36,745 nucleotides of DNA from an uncultured Methylobacillus sp. GTDB lineage: Bacteria; Pseudomonadota; Gammaproteobacteria; Burkholderiales; Methylophilaceae. The notes under the pieces were generated by a model that saw nothing but the letters and a program-made list of their open reading frames with translations, was not told the DNA's origin and searched no databases. Position 1 is the stretch's first letter. Each line of letters starts with the position of its first letter. Positions 17,707 through 26,767 of the stretch are shown piece after piece. Where the stretch lies: contig CAZPCL010000001.1 in NCBI GenBank assembly GCA_964585105.1, positions 1 to 36,745 on the forward strand, given 5' to 3'. The position numbers and the translations under genes are program-made.

Positions 17707-19683
17707 ATGTTTGAATCAATTCAACTAATTATTCTATTATTAGTCAGCTCTGTCCTCATGGTTGCCTTATTTAGATATTTAAGATTACCGCCCATGATAG
17801 CTTATTTTGTCGTAGGGTTGATTCTGGGACCTTATGCACTTGGTGTACTTCCTGATTCTGAATCAAGCAGACATTTTGTTGAATTTGGCATTGTATTCCT
17901 TATGTTTACAATTGGCTTGGAGTTTAGTTTGCCTAAATTAAACTCTATGAGACATATTTTATTTGGACTTGGTGGAGCCCAAGTTGCAATAACTCTATTA
18001 ACAGCAATGGTATTTTCAACTTTTTTAGGGTTAGATCTTGCAGAAGCTTTTATTATTGGTTCAGCTTTGACGATGTCATCAACCGCAATTGTATCTAAAA
18101 TATTAATGGAAAGAATAGATCTTAATAGTCGACACGGCCAGTTATCTATTGGTATTTTATTGTTTCAGGATATCGCTGTAATCCTTGTTCTGATTTTAAT
18201 CCCAGTTTTTAATTCTCAAGTTATTGATTTATATAGTTTATTATGGATATCACTTTTCAAGATTATAGTTTTACTTTTTATTCTCTTTAGAGTCGGGCAG
18301 CCCGTGATGAACTTCTGGTTTGGAATAGTCGCTAAGCAAAAATCACGAGAATTATTTGTACTTAATGTTCTAATGATTACCCTTATCTTTGCTTATGTAA
18401 CAAAATTGACAGGATTATCTTATGCTTTAGGAGCATTTCTTGCTGGTATGTTAATTTCTGAAACAAGGTACCGGTATCAAGTTGAGTCCGACATAGCATC
18501 TTTTAGAGATATTTTATTAGGACTTTTCTTTATTAGTATTGGTATGATGCTTAATTTAGACGTTTTGGTTGAATATTACCCCTTAATATTCTTCATATTC
18601 TTCACATACACAATTTTTAAGGCTACAGTCATAACTTTTTTAGCTCGGCTATTTAAATATGAATTAGGGGTTGGGATCAGAGCGGGAGTCATATTAGGAC
18701 AAGCTGGCGAATTTAGCTTTGTTATTCTTGCGTTAGGACAGGAACAAGGCCTTATATCTGGCGATATACTTCAAATTATTTTATCAGTATGCTTATTGTC
18801 AATGTTATTTGCCTCATTAATTATTCCTTTTAATGGCCGTATTGCTCGATATATATCAAAAGAATATTTAAGAAATAGTGAAAAACTAGTCAATAAAATT
18901 GAAGCTTCCAGCGAAGATTTTAATAATCATGTAATTATATGTGGATACGGAAGGGGGGGGCAGTACTTAGGAAGGTTTCTGAAAGAAGAAAATATTTCAT
19001 TTATCGCAATTGACATGGATCTAAATCGAGTGAATGATGCAGCAAATGCTGGTGAAAAAGTTATGTATGGAGATGCTAGCAGAAGAGTTGTTTTAAGGGC
19101 AGCAGGGGTTGAAAGAGCAAAAGCTCTAGTTATAGCTTACTCTGACGACAGATCTTCATTGAAAGTATTAAATGTAATTCGTGATATATACCCAGATTTA
19201 CCTGTAATTGTCAGAACTCGTGACGAATCATCAATTCAACAGCTTCAAGATGCTGGGGCAACTGATGTAGTTCCAGAGGTTTTAGAAAGTAGCTTAATGC
19301 TGGCATCGCATGCGCTTGTTTTATTGGATGTCCCACTAGCAAGGGTAATAAAGAAGATCCGAGCTTTTAGAAATGAGAAGTATAAAATCTTCAGAGGTTA
19401 TTTTATGGGTTCTTCAGAGGCAAGTGATGATATGCAAGGTCAGGATCAACTGCAGCTGCACTCAATTGAGGTTAAAAATAATTTTTATTTGTTAAATAAA
19501 TATATTAATGAAATACCATTCGATAGATTTAACACTGAAATACAGCACTTAAGAAGACCAAATATGCTTGAAGATATTGAAGCAAGGTCAGATATAAAAC
19601 TCAAAGACGGTGATGTAATCGTGATTTTAGGGTTACCAAGAGACTTAACCGAATTTGAAAAATTTACAATTACTGGTGAATAG
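17707..19683 (+). CDS. CPA2-family monovalent cation:proton antiporter (Kef-type) with TrkA-N and TrkA-C domains
   Basis: Many TM segments, EFGIVFLMFTIGLEFS, MSSTAIV, LLFQD, FRDILLGLFF, QAGEF; HVIICGYGRGGQ Rossmann motif; divergent from kdsD. Confidence 0.92.
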   Translation: MFESIQLIILLLVSSVLMVALFRYLRLPPMIAYFVVGLILGPYALGVLPDSESSRHFVEFGIVFLMFTIGLEFSLPKLNSMRHILFGLGGAQVAITLLTAMVFSTFLGLDLAEAFIIGSALTMSSTAIVSKILMERIDLNSRHGQLSIGILLFQDIAVILVLILIPVFNSQVIDLYSLLWISLFKIIVLLFILFRVGQPVMNFWFGIVAKQKSRELFVLNVLMITLIFAYVTKLTGLSYALGAFLAGMLISETRYRYQVESDIASFRDILLGLFFISIGMMLNLDVLVEYYPLIFFIFFTYTIFKATVITFLARLFKYELGVGIRAGVILGQAGEFSFVILALGQEQGLISGDILQIILSVCLLSMLFASLIIPFNGRIARYISKEYLRNSEKLVNKIEASSEDFNNHVIICGYGRGGQYLGRFLKEENISFIAIDMDLNRVNDAANAGEKVMYGDASRRVVLRAAGVERAKALVIAYSDDRSSLKVLNVIRDIYPDLPVIVRTRDESSIQQLQDAGATDVVPEVLESSLMLASHALVLLDVPLARVIKKIRAFRNEKYKIFRGYFMGSSEASDDMQGQDQLQLHSIEVKNNFYLLNKYINEIPFDRFNTEIQHLRRPNMLEDIEARSDIKLKDGDVIVILGLPRDLTEFEKFTITGE

Positions 19684-19687
19684 ATAG

Positions 19688-20698
19688 TTGAGTAAAAAAA
19701 TTGCAATCATTGGCGGAGGAATCATAGGTTGTTTAACTGCAATTAAATTAAAGGAAAGTGGCTTCGAGGTTCTAGTGATAGATAAACATGAAATTGGAAA
19801 AGAATCATCATGGGCTGGGGCTGGGATATTGTTTCCATTGATGCCATGGAATTACCAACCAAAGATATATGATTTATCTAAACTAGCTTCAAGTTACTAT
19901 GAGAATTTTTCGAAAAAATTATATGAGTTAACAGGAATTGATCCGGAATATAAAAAAACAGGTATGACATTAATTCCTCCATTTGAGAAAGATAACGCCA
20001 TTAAATGGGCTAATAAGCAAAATCTTCCATACGAAGAAATATTTTTTAGAAATTTTGAATCTATCCATTTTCCATCAGTAGCACAAATAAGATCACCTAG
20101 ACTGATGAAATCGATTAAATTATTTATGAAGATAATAGGAATAAAAATAATTGAGAATATGGAGCTTGCTGAAATTGGTCATGTAAAGGGAGTAGTTAAA
20201 AAGTGGCCAACAAAAAAAAATAGTTTTATTGAGGCTGATTATTTTGTAATTACATCAGGAGCATGGACATCTAACCTAAAAGAAAATTATAAAAGTAAAA
20301 TATATCCAGTAAGAGGTCAAATGATTCAGTACAAAATCTCAAATTTAAATATTGGAGAAATTCTTTATTCGAATGATTTTTATATTTTACAGAGAAAAGA
20401 TGGAGTAATAATTGCTGGGAGTACAATTGAAGAAGTAGGATTTGATGAAACAGTGACTATTGATAAAAAAGAAGCATTGATGAGAAAAGCTGAAGAATTA
20501 ATTCCTGACCTTGCTAATGTCCAAGTTGAAAATCATTGGGCAGGTTTTAGACCGGGCACAAAAGAAAATATCCCATTTATACAAAAAGATAATGACTATG
20601 AAAATGTTTTTGTTAACTCTGGACATTTTAGGTATGGTTTAACAATGGCACCTCAGTCCGCAGAAAATCTTAATGAGATATTGATAAAGTCAATATGA
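19688..20698 (+). CDS. thiO: Glycine oxidase ThiO / DAO-family FAD oxidoreductase; TTG start
   Basis: IIGGGIIG, ESSWAGAGIL, SGAW, PVRGQM, GSTIEEVGFD, HWAGFRPG, GHFRYGLTMAP. Confidence 0.8.
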   Translation: MSKKIAIIGGGIIGCLTAIKLKESGFEVLVIDKHEIGKESSWAGAGILFPLMPWNYQPKIYDLSKLASSYYENFSKKLYELTGIDPEYKKTGMTLIPPFEKDNAIKWANKQNLPYEEIFFRNFESIHFPSVAQIRSPRLMKSIKLFMKIIGIKIIENMELAEIGHVKGVVKKWPTKKNSFIEADYFVITSGAWTSNLKENYKSKIYPVRGQMIQYKISNLNIGEILYSNDFYILQRKDGVIIAGSTIEEVGFDETVTIDKKEALMRKAEELIPDLANVQVENHWAGFRPGTKENIPFIQKDNDYENVFVNSGHFRYGLTMAPQSAENLNEILIKSI

Positions 20699-21597
20699 TT
20701 AGAAATAAAAAACAAGTAATCTGGAGGCTCTTAGATGGCAAGGCAGGCCACGAAAAACAATCATTGTCACTTATCAACGCATTAAATTGTGAGGTAGGTG
20801 TTAAAACTATAAATATAGATAGTAAAAGTTTCCTTTTTTCCATATTTTTTTTAATAGGTAAACTAAAAAGAATCCCAAAGCCAGATTTTATTATTGGTGT
20901 AGGACATAAAACTCATATTGCATTGCTTTATTTAAGATTCTTCTTCGGAGGAAAATCAATTTTAATAATGAAACCAAGTTTACCTTGTAAATGGTTTAAT
21001 TTATGCATAATTCCCGAGCATGATAAGTTTAAAGGAACAGGTCTTATTTACTGGACAAAAGGAGCGCTAGCAAATACATCAAACTTAATAAAAAAAAATA
21101 AAAAAAAAGGATTAATATTGGTTGGTGGAATTTCAAAACATTATGAATGGGATGGTGATATTATTACTGCTCAAATAGAACAACTATTAAAGAATAATTC
21201 ATCAATAAATTTTATTTTAAGTCCCTCTAGGAGAACTCCGAAAGATTTTATTATAGAAATAAAAAAGCTTTCATTTAGTAATTTAAAGATACATTCTATT
21301 CAAAAACAAAATCAAAACTGGTTAAAAAATCAAATGAATAAAGCAAAATATGCGTGGATTTCTGAAGATTCAATATCTATGATTTATGAGTCGCTAACGG
21401 CGGGACAGAATGTGGGTATCCTTTCACTAAAGATTAAAAATAAAAGTCGTATTACAAATGAAATAGATAGACTAAAAAAAGAGAAAATTATATTTGGGAA
21501 TATTAATAAAAGTTATAAAAATAGAAATAAATCTTATGTTGTAATTAATGAGGCAACTAGGTGCGCAAAATTAATTAAGAATCAATTCATACAATAA
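20695..21597 (+). CDS. ELM1/GtrOC1-family putative glycosyltransferase
   Basis: IWRLLDGKAGHEKQS, IIGVGHKTH, LIMKPSLP..WFNLCIIPEHD, LILVGG, SRRTP, WISEDSISMIYESLTAG, NEATRCA. Confidence 0.88.
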   Translation: MIRNKKQVIWRLLDGKAGHEKQSLSLINALNCEVGVKTINIDSKSFLFSIFFLIGKLKRIPKPDFIIGVGHKTHIALLYLRFFFGGKSILIMKPSLPCKWFNLCIIPEHDKFKGTGLIYWTKGALANTSNLIKKNKKKGLILVGGISKHYEWDGDIITAQIEQLLKNNSSINFILSPSRRTPKDFIIEIKKLSFSNLKIHSIQKQNQNWLKNQMNKAKYAWISEDSISMIYESLTAGQNVGILSLKIKNKSRITNEIDRLKKEKIIFGNINKSYKNRNKSYVVINEATRCAKLIKNQFIQ

Positions 21598-21607
21598 AGC
21601 TAAAAAA

Positions 21608-22765
21608 TTGAAAAAAAATATTATTATTTTAGAACGTAGGCTTTTTTCTATTTTTGGGCATGAGAGAACTCAAATAGAAACAATAAATGAATATTTTAAA
21701 AATAATAGTACTTATGTAATATCATGCAAAAATACACCAGTAGCTGAGCTAAATTTAAAAAATAAATTTTATTTAGACATGCCTCAATTTTTAATAAAAG
21801 AAGAAGGGAAAGAATCAAAGAATTATATTAGAAAATCAGCAGAAAATCTTGAAATAATTCTTAAAAAAACTAAATTTAAACTTAATACAAATCTTTTAAT
21901 ACCATCTGCAAGAACAGCTGAGATTTCAATGTTAACGATATTGTTTTGTGAAAATAAATTTCCAAAGAATATTTTACCGATTGTTAGAATATTAGGAATA
22001 AACTATCTAGATGATTTACCAAAAGAGGTAAGGAAGAGTTTTGTGTTTTTAGTAAACAATAAAAAAATTAAATTGTGTACTGAAACAGATGAGCTATCAA
22101 GTAAGATAAAAAATAAATTTAATGTAAAATTTATACGAACATTGATGTTTCCAGTATCTGTTCCGATAAATAGTATACATAAAAAAAATTTAGGAATAAA
22201 TAATATAAATATAGGATGTCTTGGAGGTCCAAGACCGTCAAAAGGAACGTATTTAATTCCTAAGTTAGTAAGAAATCTAAGAATATATACTCGTAAGAAT
22301 AATATCGATGTAACAATCACATTTATAGTTCAAATGAGTAAAGAAAAAAAGAAAAGAACTTTTATTTTCTGGATGAAAGAGTTATTGTCAAGACACATAT
22401 CTAAATCAGTTAGAGTGAAAGTAGTTTATGGGACTGACGGTAGAAAAGAATTTATGAATCTAATAAACACTATTGATATTTTTCTACTTCCATACAATAA
22501 AAACCAATATAAATACTCTGGATCTGGATTTATTATTGATGCATTAATACTTGAGAAACCTATCATTCTCTCAGAAGGTTTAGCAATGAGAGAGCTTACT
22601 AATTTTAAAAATTCAATAACATTTAAAAATGCCGTAGATTTCCCTGAAAAAATGATCAAAATTATTAAAAATTACAAAATTTATTCCAAAAATAGTCGGA
22701 GCGCAAAAAAATATCTAATTAAGAAAATACATAATTCATTTAAATTTATATCAGAAGGAAGTTAG
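21608..22765 (+). CDS. Divergent GT-B fold (GT4-like) putative glycosyltransferase; TTG start
   Basis: Only the C-terminal half is recognisable: IGCLGGPRPSKG and IDIFLLPYNKNQYKYSGSGFIIDALILEKPII; flanked by GT genes. Confidence 0.65.
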   Translation: MKKNIIILERRLFSIFGHERTQIETINEYFKNNSTYVISCKNTPVAELNLKNKFYLDMPQFLIKEEGKESKNYIRKSAENLEIILKKTKFKLNTNLLIPSARTAEISMLTILFCENKFPKNILPIVRILGINYLDDLPKEVRKSFVFLVNNKKIKLCTETDELSSKIKNKFNVKFIRTLMFPVSVPINSIHKKNLGINNINIGCLGGPRPSKGTYLIPKLVRNLRIYTRKNNIDVTITFIVQMSKEKKKRTFIFWMKELLSRHISKSVRVKVVYGTDGRKEFMNLINTIDIFLLPYNKNQYKYSGSGFIIDALILEKPIILSEGLAMRELTNFKNSITFKNAVDFPEKMIKIIKNYKIYSKNSRSAKKYLIKKIHNSFKFISEGS

Positions 22766-22779
22766 TAATTTTAAATACT

Positions 22780-23907
22780 ATGACGAAGAAAATTAAATCA
22801 AAAAAATTGACAATTGTTCAGATACTCCCAGCACTTAATTCGGGTGGTGTAGAACGAGGTACATTAGAGATTTCAAAATATTTAGTCTCAAAAAATTATC
22901 GTTCAATAGTAATATCTAAAGGTGGAAGAATGACGGATAAGTTAGTTCAAGAAGGAGGAGAGCATATTGAACTACCAATAGGTAAAAAATCATTTTTGAC
23001 GTTAAAAATAATTCCAAAACTAATTACAATATTAAGTAAGAATAATGTAGATCTTATTCATATAAGATCAAGATTCCCAGCATGGATCTGTTTTATAGCA
23101 CTAAAATTTATGCCACATAAAATAAGACCTTCGATAGTTACAACTTTTCATGGACCATATTCAATAAATAGCTATAGCACAATAATGGCAAAGGGTGACG
23201 CGATCATAGCAGTTTCAAAAATGATTAAAAGCTACATACTAAAAAATTATAAAATAGATTCTAAGAAGATATTTCTAAATTATAGAGGGGTAGATGAAAA
23301 AGAATTCCCATATTTATTTAAACCTAGTAAATCATGGATTCGTAAGTGGGAAAAAGATAACCCAAAGTTAAACAATAGGATTTTATTAACATTACCTGCA
23401 AGAGTGACTAGGTGGAAAGGACAAATTGACTTTCTTAATATAATTAAAGTATTAAGTAAAGAAAACCCAGATATTCATGGATTAATCGTAGGAGATGTTG
23501 CAGTAAATAAACTAAACTTTCTTAAGGAACTTAAAGATTTGGCCATAAAATTTGATATTAAAGATAATATTTCTTTTATCGGACACCGTTCTGACTTGAG
23601 AGAAATTATGTCAATATCCAAAATTGTATTTTCATTATCAAATGAACCTGAGGCTTTTGGGCGAACAACTATCGAATCGTTAAAAATTGGTGTACCTGTT
23701 ATTGGTTATAGTCATGGTGGAGTTGGAGAGCAATTAAAAGAAGTATTTCCCGAGGGTATTATTAACAAAGATGATATTTCTGCGGCTGTAAATCTGTGTA
23801 AAAAATGGATAAAAAATACACCAAAAGTTTCTAAGACAGATTTATTTAGCTTAAAAAATATGCAATCCAATACTTTAAAAATATACAGAGCTGTTTTAAA
23901 AAAATAG
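22780..23907 (+). CDS. GT4 glycosyltransferase, LpsB-like LPS core enzyme
   Basis: QILPALNSGGVERGTLEI, HIRSRFPAW, HGPYSINSYS, RVTRWKG, EAFGRTTIE (E-x7-E), HGGVGE. Confidence 0.88.
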   Translation: MTKKIKSKKLTIVQILPALNSGGVERGTLEISKYLVSKNYRSIVISKGGRMTDKLVQEGGEHIELPIGKKSFLTLKIIPKLITILSKNNVDLIHIRSRFPAWICFIALKFMPHKIRPSIVTTFHGPYSINSYSTIMAKGDAIIAVSKMIKSYILKNYKIDSKKIFLNYRGVDEKEFPYLFKPSKSWIRKWEKDNPKLNNRILLTLPARVTRWKGQIDFLNIIKVLSKENPDIHGLIVGDVAVNKLNFLKELKDLAIKFDIKDNISFIGHRSDLREIMSISKIVFSLSNEPEAFGRTTIESLKIGVPVIGYSHGGVGEQLKEVFPEGIINKDDISAAVNLCKKWIKNTPKVSKTDLFSLKNMQSNTLKIYRAVLKK

Positions 23908-24822
23908 ATGAAAAAAAATTATGAGACTGATTTGTGGATAGTTGGAATTGTCAAACAACCTATTTCAAAATTTATAAAAAAACCAAATAAAAAAGAAATA
24001 ATTTGGATTTACCCAGAAAAATCATATCAATTTATCGCTGATCCATTTGGCATATGGAAAAGTAATAAACTTTATTTATTTGTTGAGTTCTTAGATTATA
24101 GGTTCAAAAAAGGAAGAATAGATTGTATTGTCTTCGATAAGAATTTTAAAAAAATTTCTAGTCAAAATGTACTTAAAAACTACTCACATTTATCATATCC
24201 ATTTATTGTTAAAGATAATAATAAAATTTATATGATTCCAGAATCAAGCAGATCGAAAAAGACCTATATATATGAATCAACTGATTTTCCATTAAAATGG
24301 AAAAGAATAAAAGAGATTATCCCAAACACTGCAATGATTGATACAAGTATTATTAAATATAAAAATAGATGGTGGATGTTTTATTCATTACCTGGTAAAA
24401 ATAACAGAGCATTGAAAGAGATGTATATTGCATATTCTGATAGTTTACTCGGAGAGTGGAAGCTTCATAGTAATAACCCAGTAAGCAATAACATTGAATT
24501 AAGTCGACCAGGGGGAAAGCCTTTTATATTAGATAACTTAATACATTTGCCTGTTCAAGACTCTAAGAAGACCTATGGCGGACAAGTTAATATTTTGAAA
24601 TTATTAAAACTAACAACAAAAGATTTTAAAGCTATAAAAATTAAAACAATTAAACCAAATCTTCATAATATTTTTTCTGATGGTTTACATACCGTTTCCG
24701 GATGTGGGAATATTACATTGATAGATTGTAAAAAACATGATTTGTCAAAGTCTAGAAAATGGATTGATTGGCAGAGAAGAATTGGAAGATTTATTCCACT
24801 TATCTACAAAATAAAATTATGA
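23908..24822 (+). CDS. Stand-alone GINT1-N-like (glucosamine inositolphosphorylceramide transferase N-domain) five-bladed beta-propeller protein
   Basis: FIADPF, LFVE, HLSYPF, YMIPE, FPLKW, DTSIIKYKNRWWMF, GEWKLHSNNPV, SRPGG, PVQD...YGG, GLHT. Confidence 0.75.
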   Translation: MKKNYETDLWIVGIVKQPISKFIKKPNKKEIIWIYPEKSYQFIADPFGIWKSNKLYLFVEFLDYRFKKGRIDCIVFDKNFKKISSQNVLKNYSHLSYPFIVKDNNKIYMIPESSRSKKTYIYESTDFPLKWKRIKEIIPNTAMIDTSIIKYKNRWWMFYSLPGKNNRALKEMYIAYSDSLLGEWKLHSNNPVSNNIELSRPGGKPFILDNLIHLPVQDSKKTYGGQVNILKLLKLTTKDFKAIKIKTIKPNLHNIFSDGLHTVSGCGNITLIDCKKHDLSKSRKWIDWQRRIGRFIPLIYKIKL

Positions 24823-25856
24823 AAATACTTCAAATTATGGGAAGTTATAAAGATGGAGGTGCAGAGATATTTTATATTGATGCCCTTAGGGCGTTACAAA
24901 ATAAAAATATAGAGCAATATGCAATTGTAAATACAAAAAATAAAAAAGGAATTAGGAAGTTGAAAGAGCTTAGTATTCGATTTCAGACAGTATCTTTCAA
25001 TAAATTATTTAAGTGGTCCTCAAAATTAGTAATTTCTAAAGTAATAAATGACTTTAAACCAGATATTGTCCATCACTGGATGGGAAGGGCAAGTAGTTTT
25101 CTAGTTCATGGTAAACATATCAATATTGGTTGGCATAGTGGATATAGGGGGGTTGAGAGATTTAAAGCATGTGATTACCATATAGCGCTTACAAGTGAAT
25201 TAAAAAAACATATAGCTTTACAAGGCATAGAAAATAATAAAATATATGAATTACCTATATATACAAATGAAAATAAATTTAAAAAATTAATTCGTAATGA
25301 TTTTAATACCCCAGAAGGAAAGCCATTATTATTATCATTATCACGACTCCATTCAGTCAAGGGTTTGGATATTTTGATAAAAGCGATGGTTAAAGTTCCT
25401 GAAGCATTTTTATGGATTGCAGGTTCGGGGCCCTTGAAAAAAGATTTAATAAGCCAATCTAAAAAACTTGGATTAACTGAACGAATAAGATTCCTAGGGT
25501 GGAGAGATGATAAAGAAGCTTTAATGGCAACTTCAGATATTTGTGTTTTTCCATCAAGGAACGATGCATTTGGAGCAGTTATTATTGAAGCATGGGCAGC
25601 AAAAAAACCAAATATTGCTTGCAAATCACCTGGCCCTGAGGCAATTATCTCAGATAATCATGATGGCTTATTAGTTGAAATTGATGATGTAAATCAATTA
25701 GCAGAAGTAATTAAAAAAGTAATTGATAATAAAAAACTTGCAAGCTCCTTGGCTAATAATGGTTATAAGAAATTCATGGAAAACTATAGCGAAAAAGCAT
25801 TCTCGAAAAATATTATAAAGATATACAACTCAATAATTAAAATAAAAAACAAATAA
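24819..25856 (+). CDS. GT4 glycosyltransferase (start corrected to ATG 24819)
   Basis: MKILQIMGSYKDGGAE, SLSRLHSVKGLDIL, IAGSGP, FLGWRDD, FPSRNDAFGAVIIEAWA; ATGA overlap with the upstream gene. Confidence 0.92.
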   Translation: MKILQIMGSYKDGGAEIFYIDALRALQNKNIEQYAIVNTKNKKGIRKLKELSIRFQTVSFNKLFKWSSKLVISKVINDFKPDIVHHWMGRASSFLVHGKHINIGWHSGYRGVERFKACDYHIALTSELKKHIALQGIENNKIYELPIYTNENKFKKLIRNDFNTPEGKPLLLSLSRLHSVKGLDILIKAMVKVPEAFLWIAGSGPLKKDLISQSKKLGLTERIRFLGWRDDKEALMATSDICVFPSRNDAFGAVIIEAWAAKKPNIACKSPGPEAIISDNHDGLLVEIDDVNQLAEVIKKVIDNKKLASSLANNGYKKFMENYSEKAFSKNIIKIYNSIIKIKNK

Positions 25857-25858
25857 AT

Positions 25859-26767
25859 ATGCAACAAAAAAAACAAAATATCTTGCTTATTAAGCATGGA
25901 GCCTTTGGAGATTTAATCCAATCCGATGGAATATTTAAAAGCATTAAAATAAGACACCCAAAAGATAATTTGATTTTACTCACATCCTCATCATTCAAAA
26001 ATTTAATGAGGTTAAGCCCCTATTTTGATAATGTTATTGTTGATAATCGTTTTCCATTATGGAATTTAAAGAGTTATTACTATTTAATTAGGCAACTTAA
26101 TTCATATAAATTTTCACATGTTTATGACTTACAAAATTCACAAAGAACGTTAGCGTATAAATTCTTTTTATTAAAGAACGCATTATGGCTAACAACTAAA
26201 AGAAATGACCATCCTCAATCTGGACTTCAGGGATTAGTAGATATGCTTAAAGGTGACGGAATGATGCCTCAAGACATTTATGATCCAGATATTTCTTGGA
26301 TGGTTAACGATGTTTCATCTTTATTAAAAGAAAAAAATATATCAAAAAAATATGTTGTTTTAATTCCTGGGTCATCTAGTAAGCACACAGAAAAGAGATG
26401 GCCATTTTATAAACCGCTTGCAAAAGAATTTATTGGCCGAGGATTTGATGTAGTAAATATTTTAGGTCCAGATGAAGTAGAATTACAAAAATATTTATTA
26501 GGACATAAATTAGAATTGTTGGAATGGGGAGATCTTGCAGGAGTTATTAATAGCTCTTTTTTTGTAATAGGAAATGATTCTGGTCCAAGCCATATTGCAT
26601 CATGTTTAAAGAAGCCAGGCTTAGCACTCTTTGGACCAACAACATCTGGAACAAAATCTGAATTAGCAAGACCACCATTTAGGATCATAGAAACAGAAGC
26701 CCTTGAAAAATTTACCACAGATGACTTAATTAGATCTATTAAGAAGTTTTATAGTTTTTTGACGTAA
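25859..26767 (+). CDS. GT9-family (heptosyltransferase-like) glycosyltransferase
   Basis: ILLIKHGAFGDLI, VYDLQ, LIPGSS...KRWP, IGNDSGPSHIA, LALFGPT. Confidence 0.9.
   Translation: MQQKKQNILLIKHGAFGDLIQSDGIFKSIKIRHPKDNLILLTSSSFKNLMRLSPYFDNVIVDNRFPLWNLKSYYYLIRQLNSYKFSHVYDLQNSQRTLAYKFFLLKNALWLTTKRNDHPQSGLQGLVDMLKGDGMMPQDIYDPDISWMVNDVSSLLKEKNISKKYVVLIPGSSSKHTEKRWPFYKPLAKEFIGRGFDVVNILGPDEVELQKYLLGHKLELLEWGDLAGVINSSFFVIGNDSGPSHIASCLKKPGLALFGPTTSGTKSELARPPFRIIETEALEKFTTDDLIRSIKKFYSFLT

Noticed and set aside
19301-19315. TGGCAT...GC with GG-N10-GC spacing as a sigma-54 promoter
   Set aside because: Inside a CDS, lacks the TTGC -12 element, and is about 370 nt from the next start.
24768-24818. N-terminal extension of the second GT4
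   Set aside because: It overlaps the upstream gene; the ATGA-coupled start at 24819 gives the typical MKILQI start.
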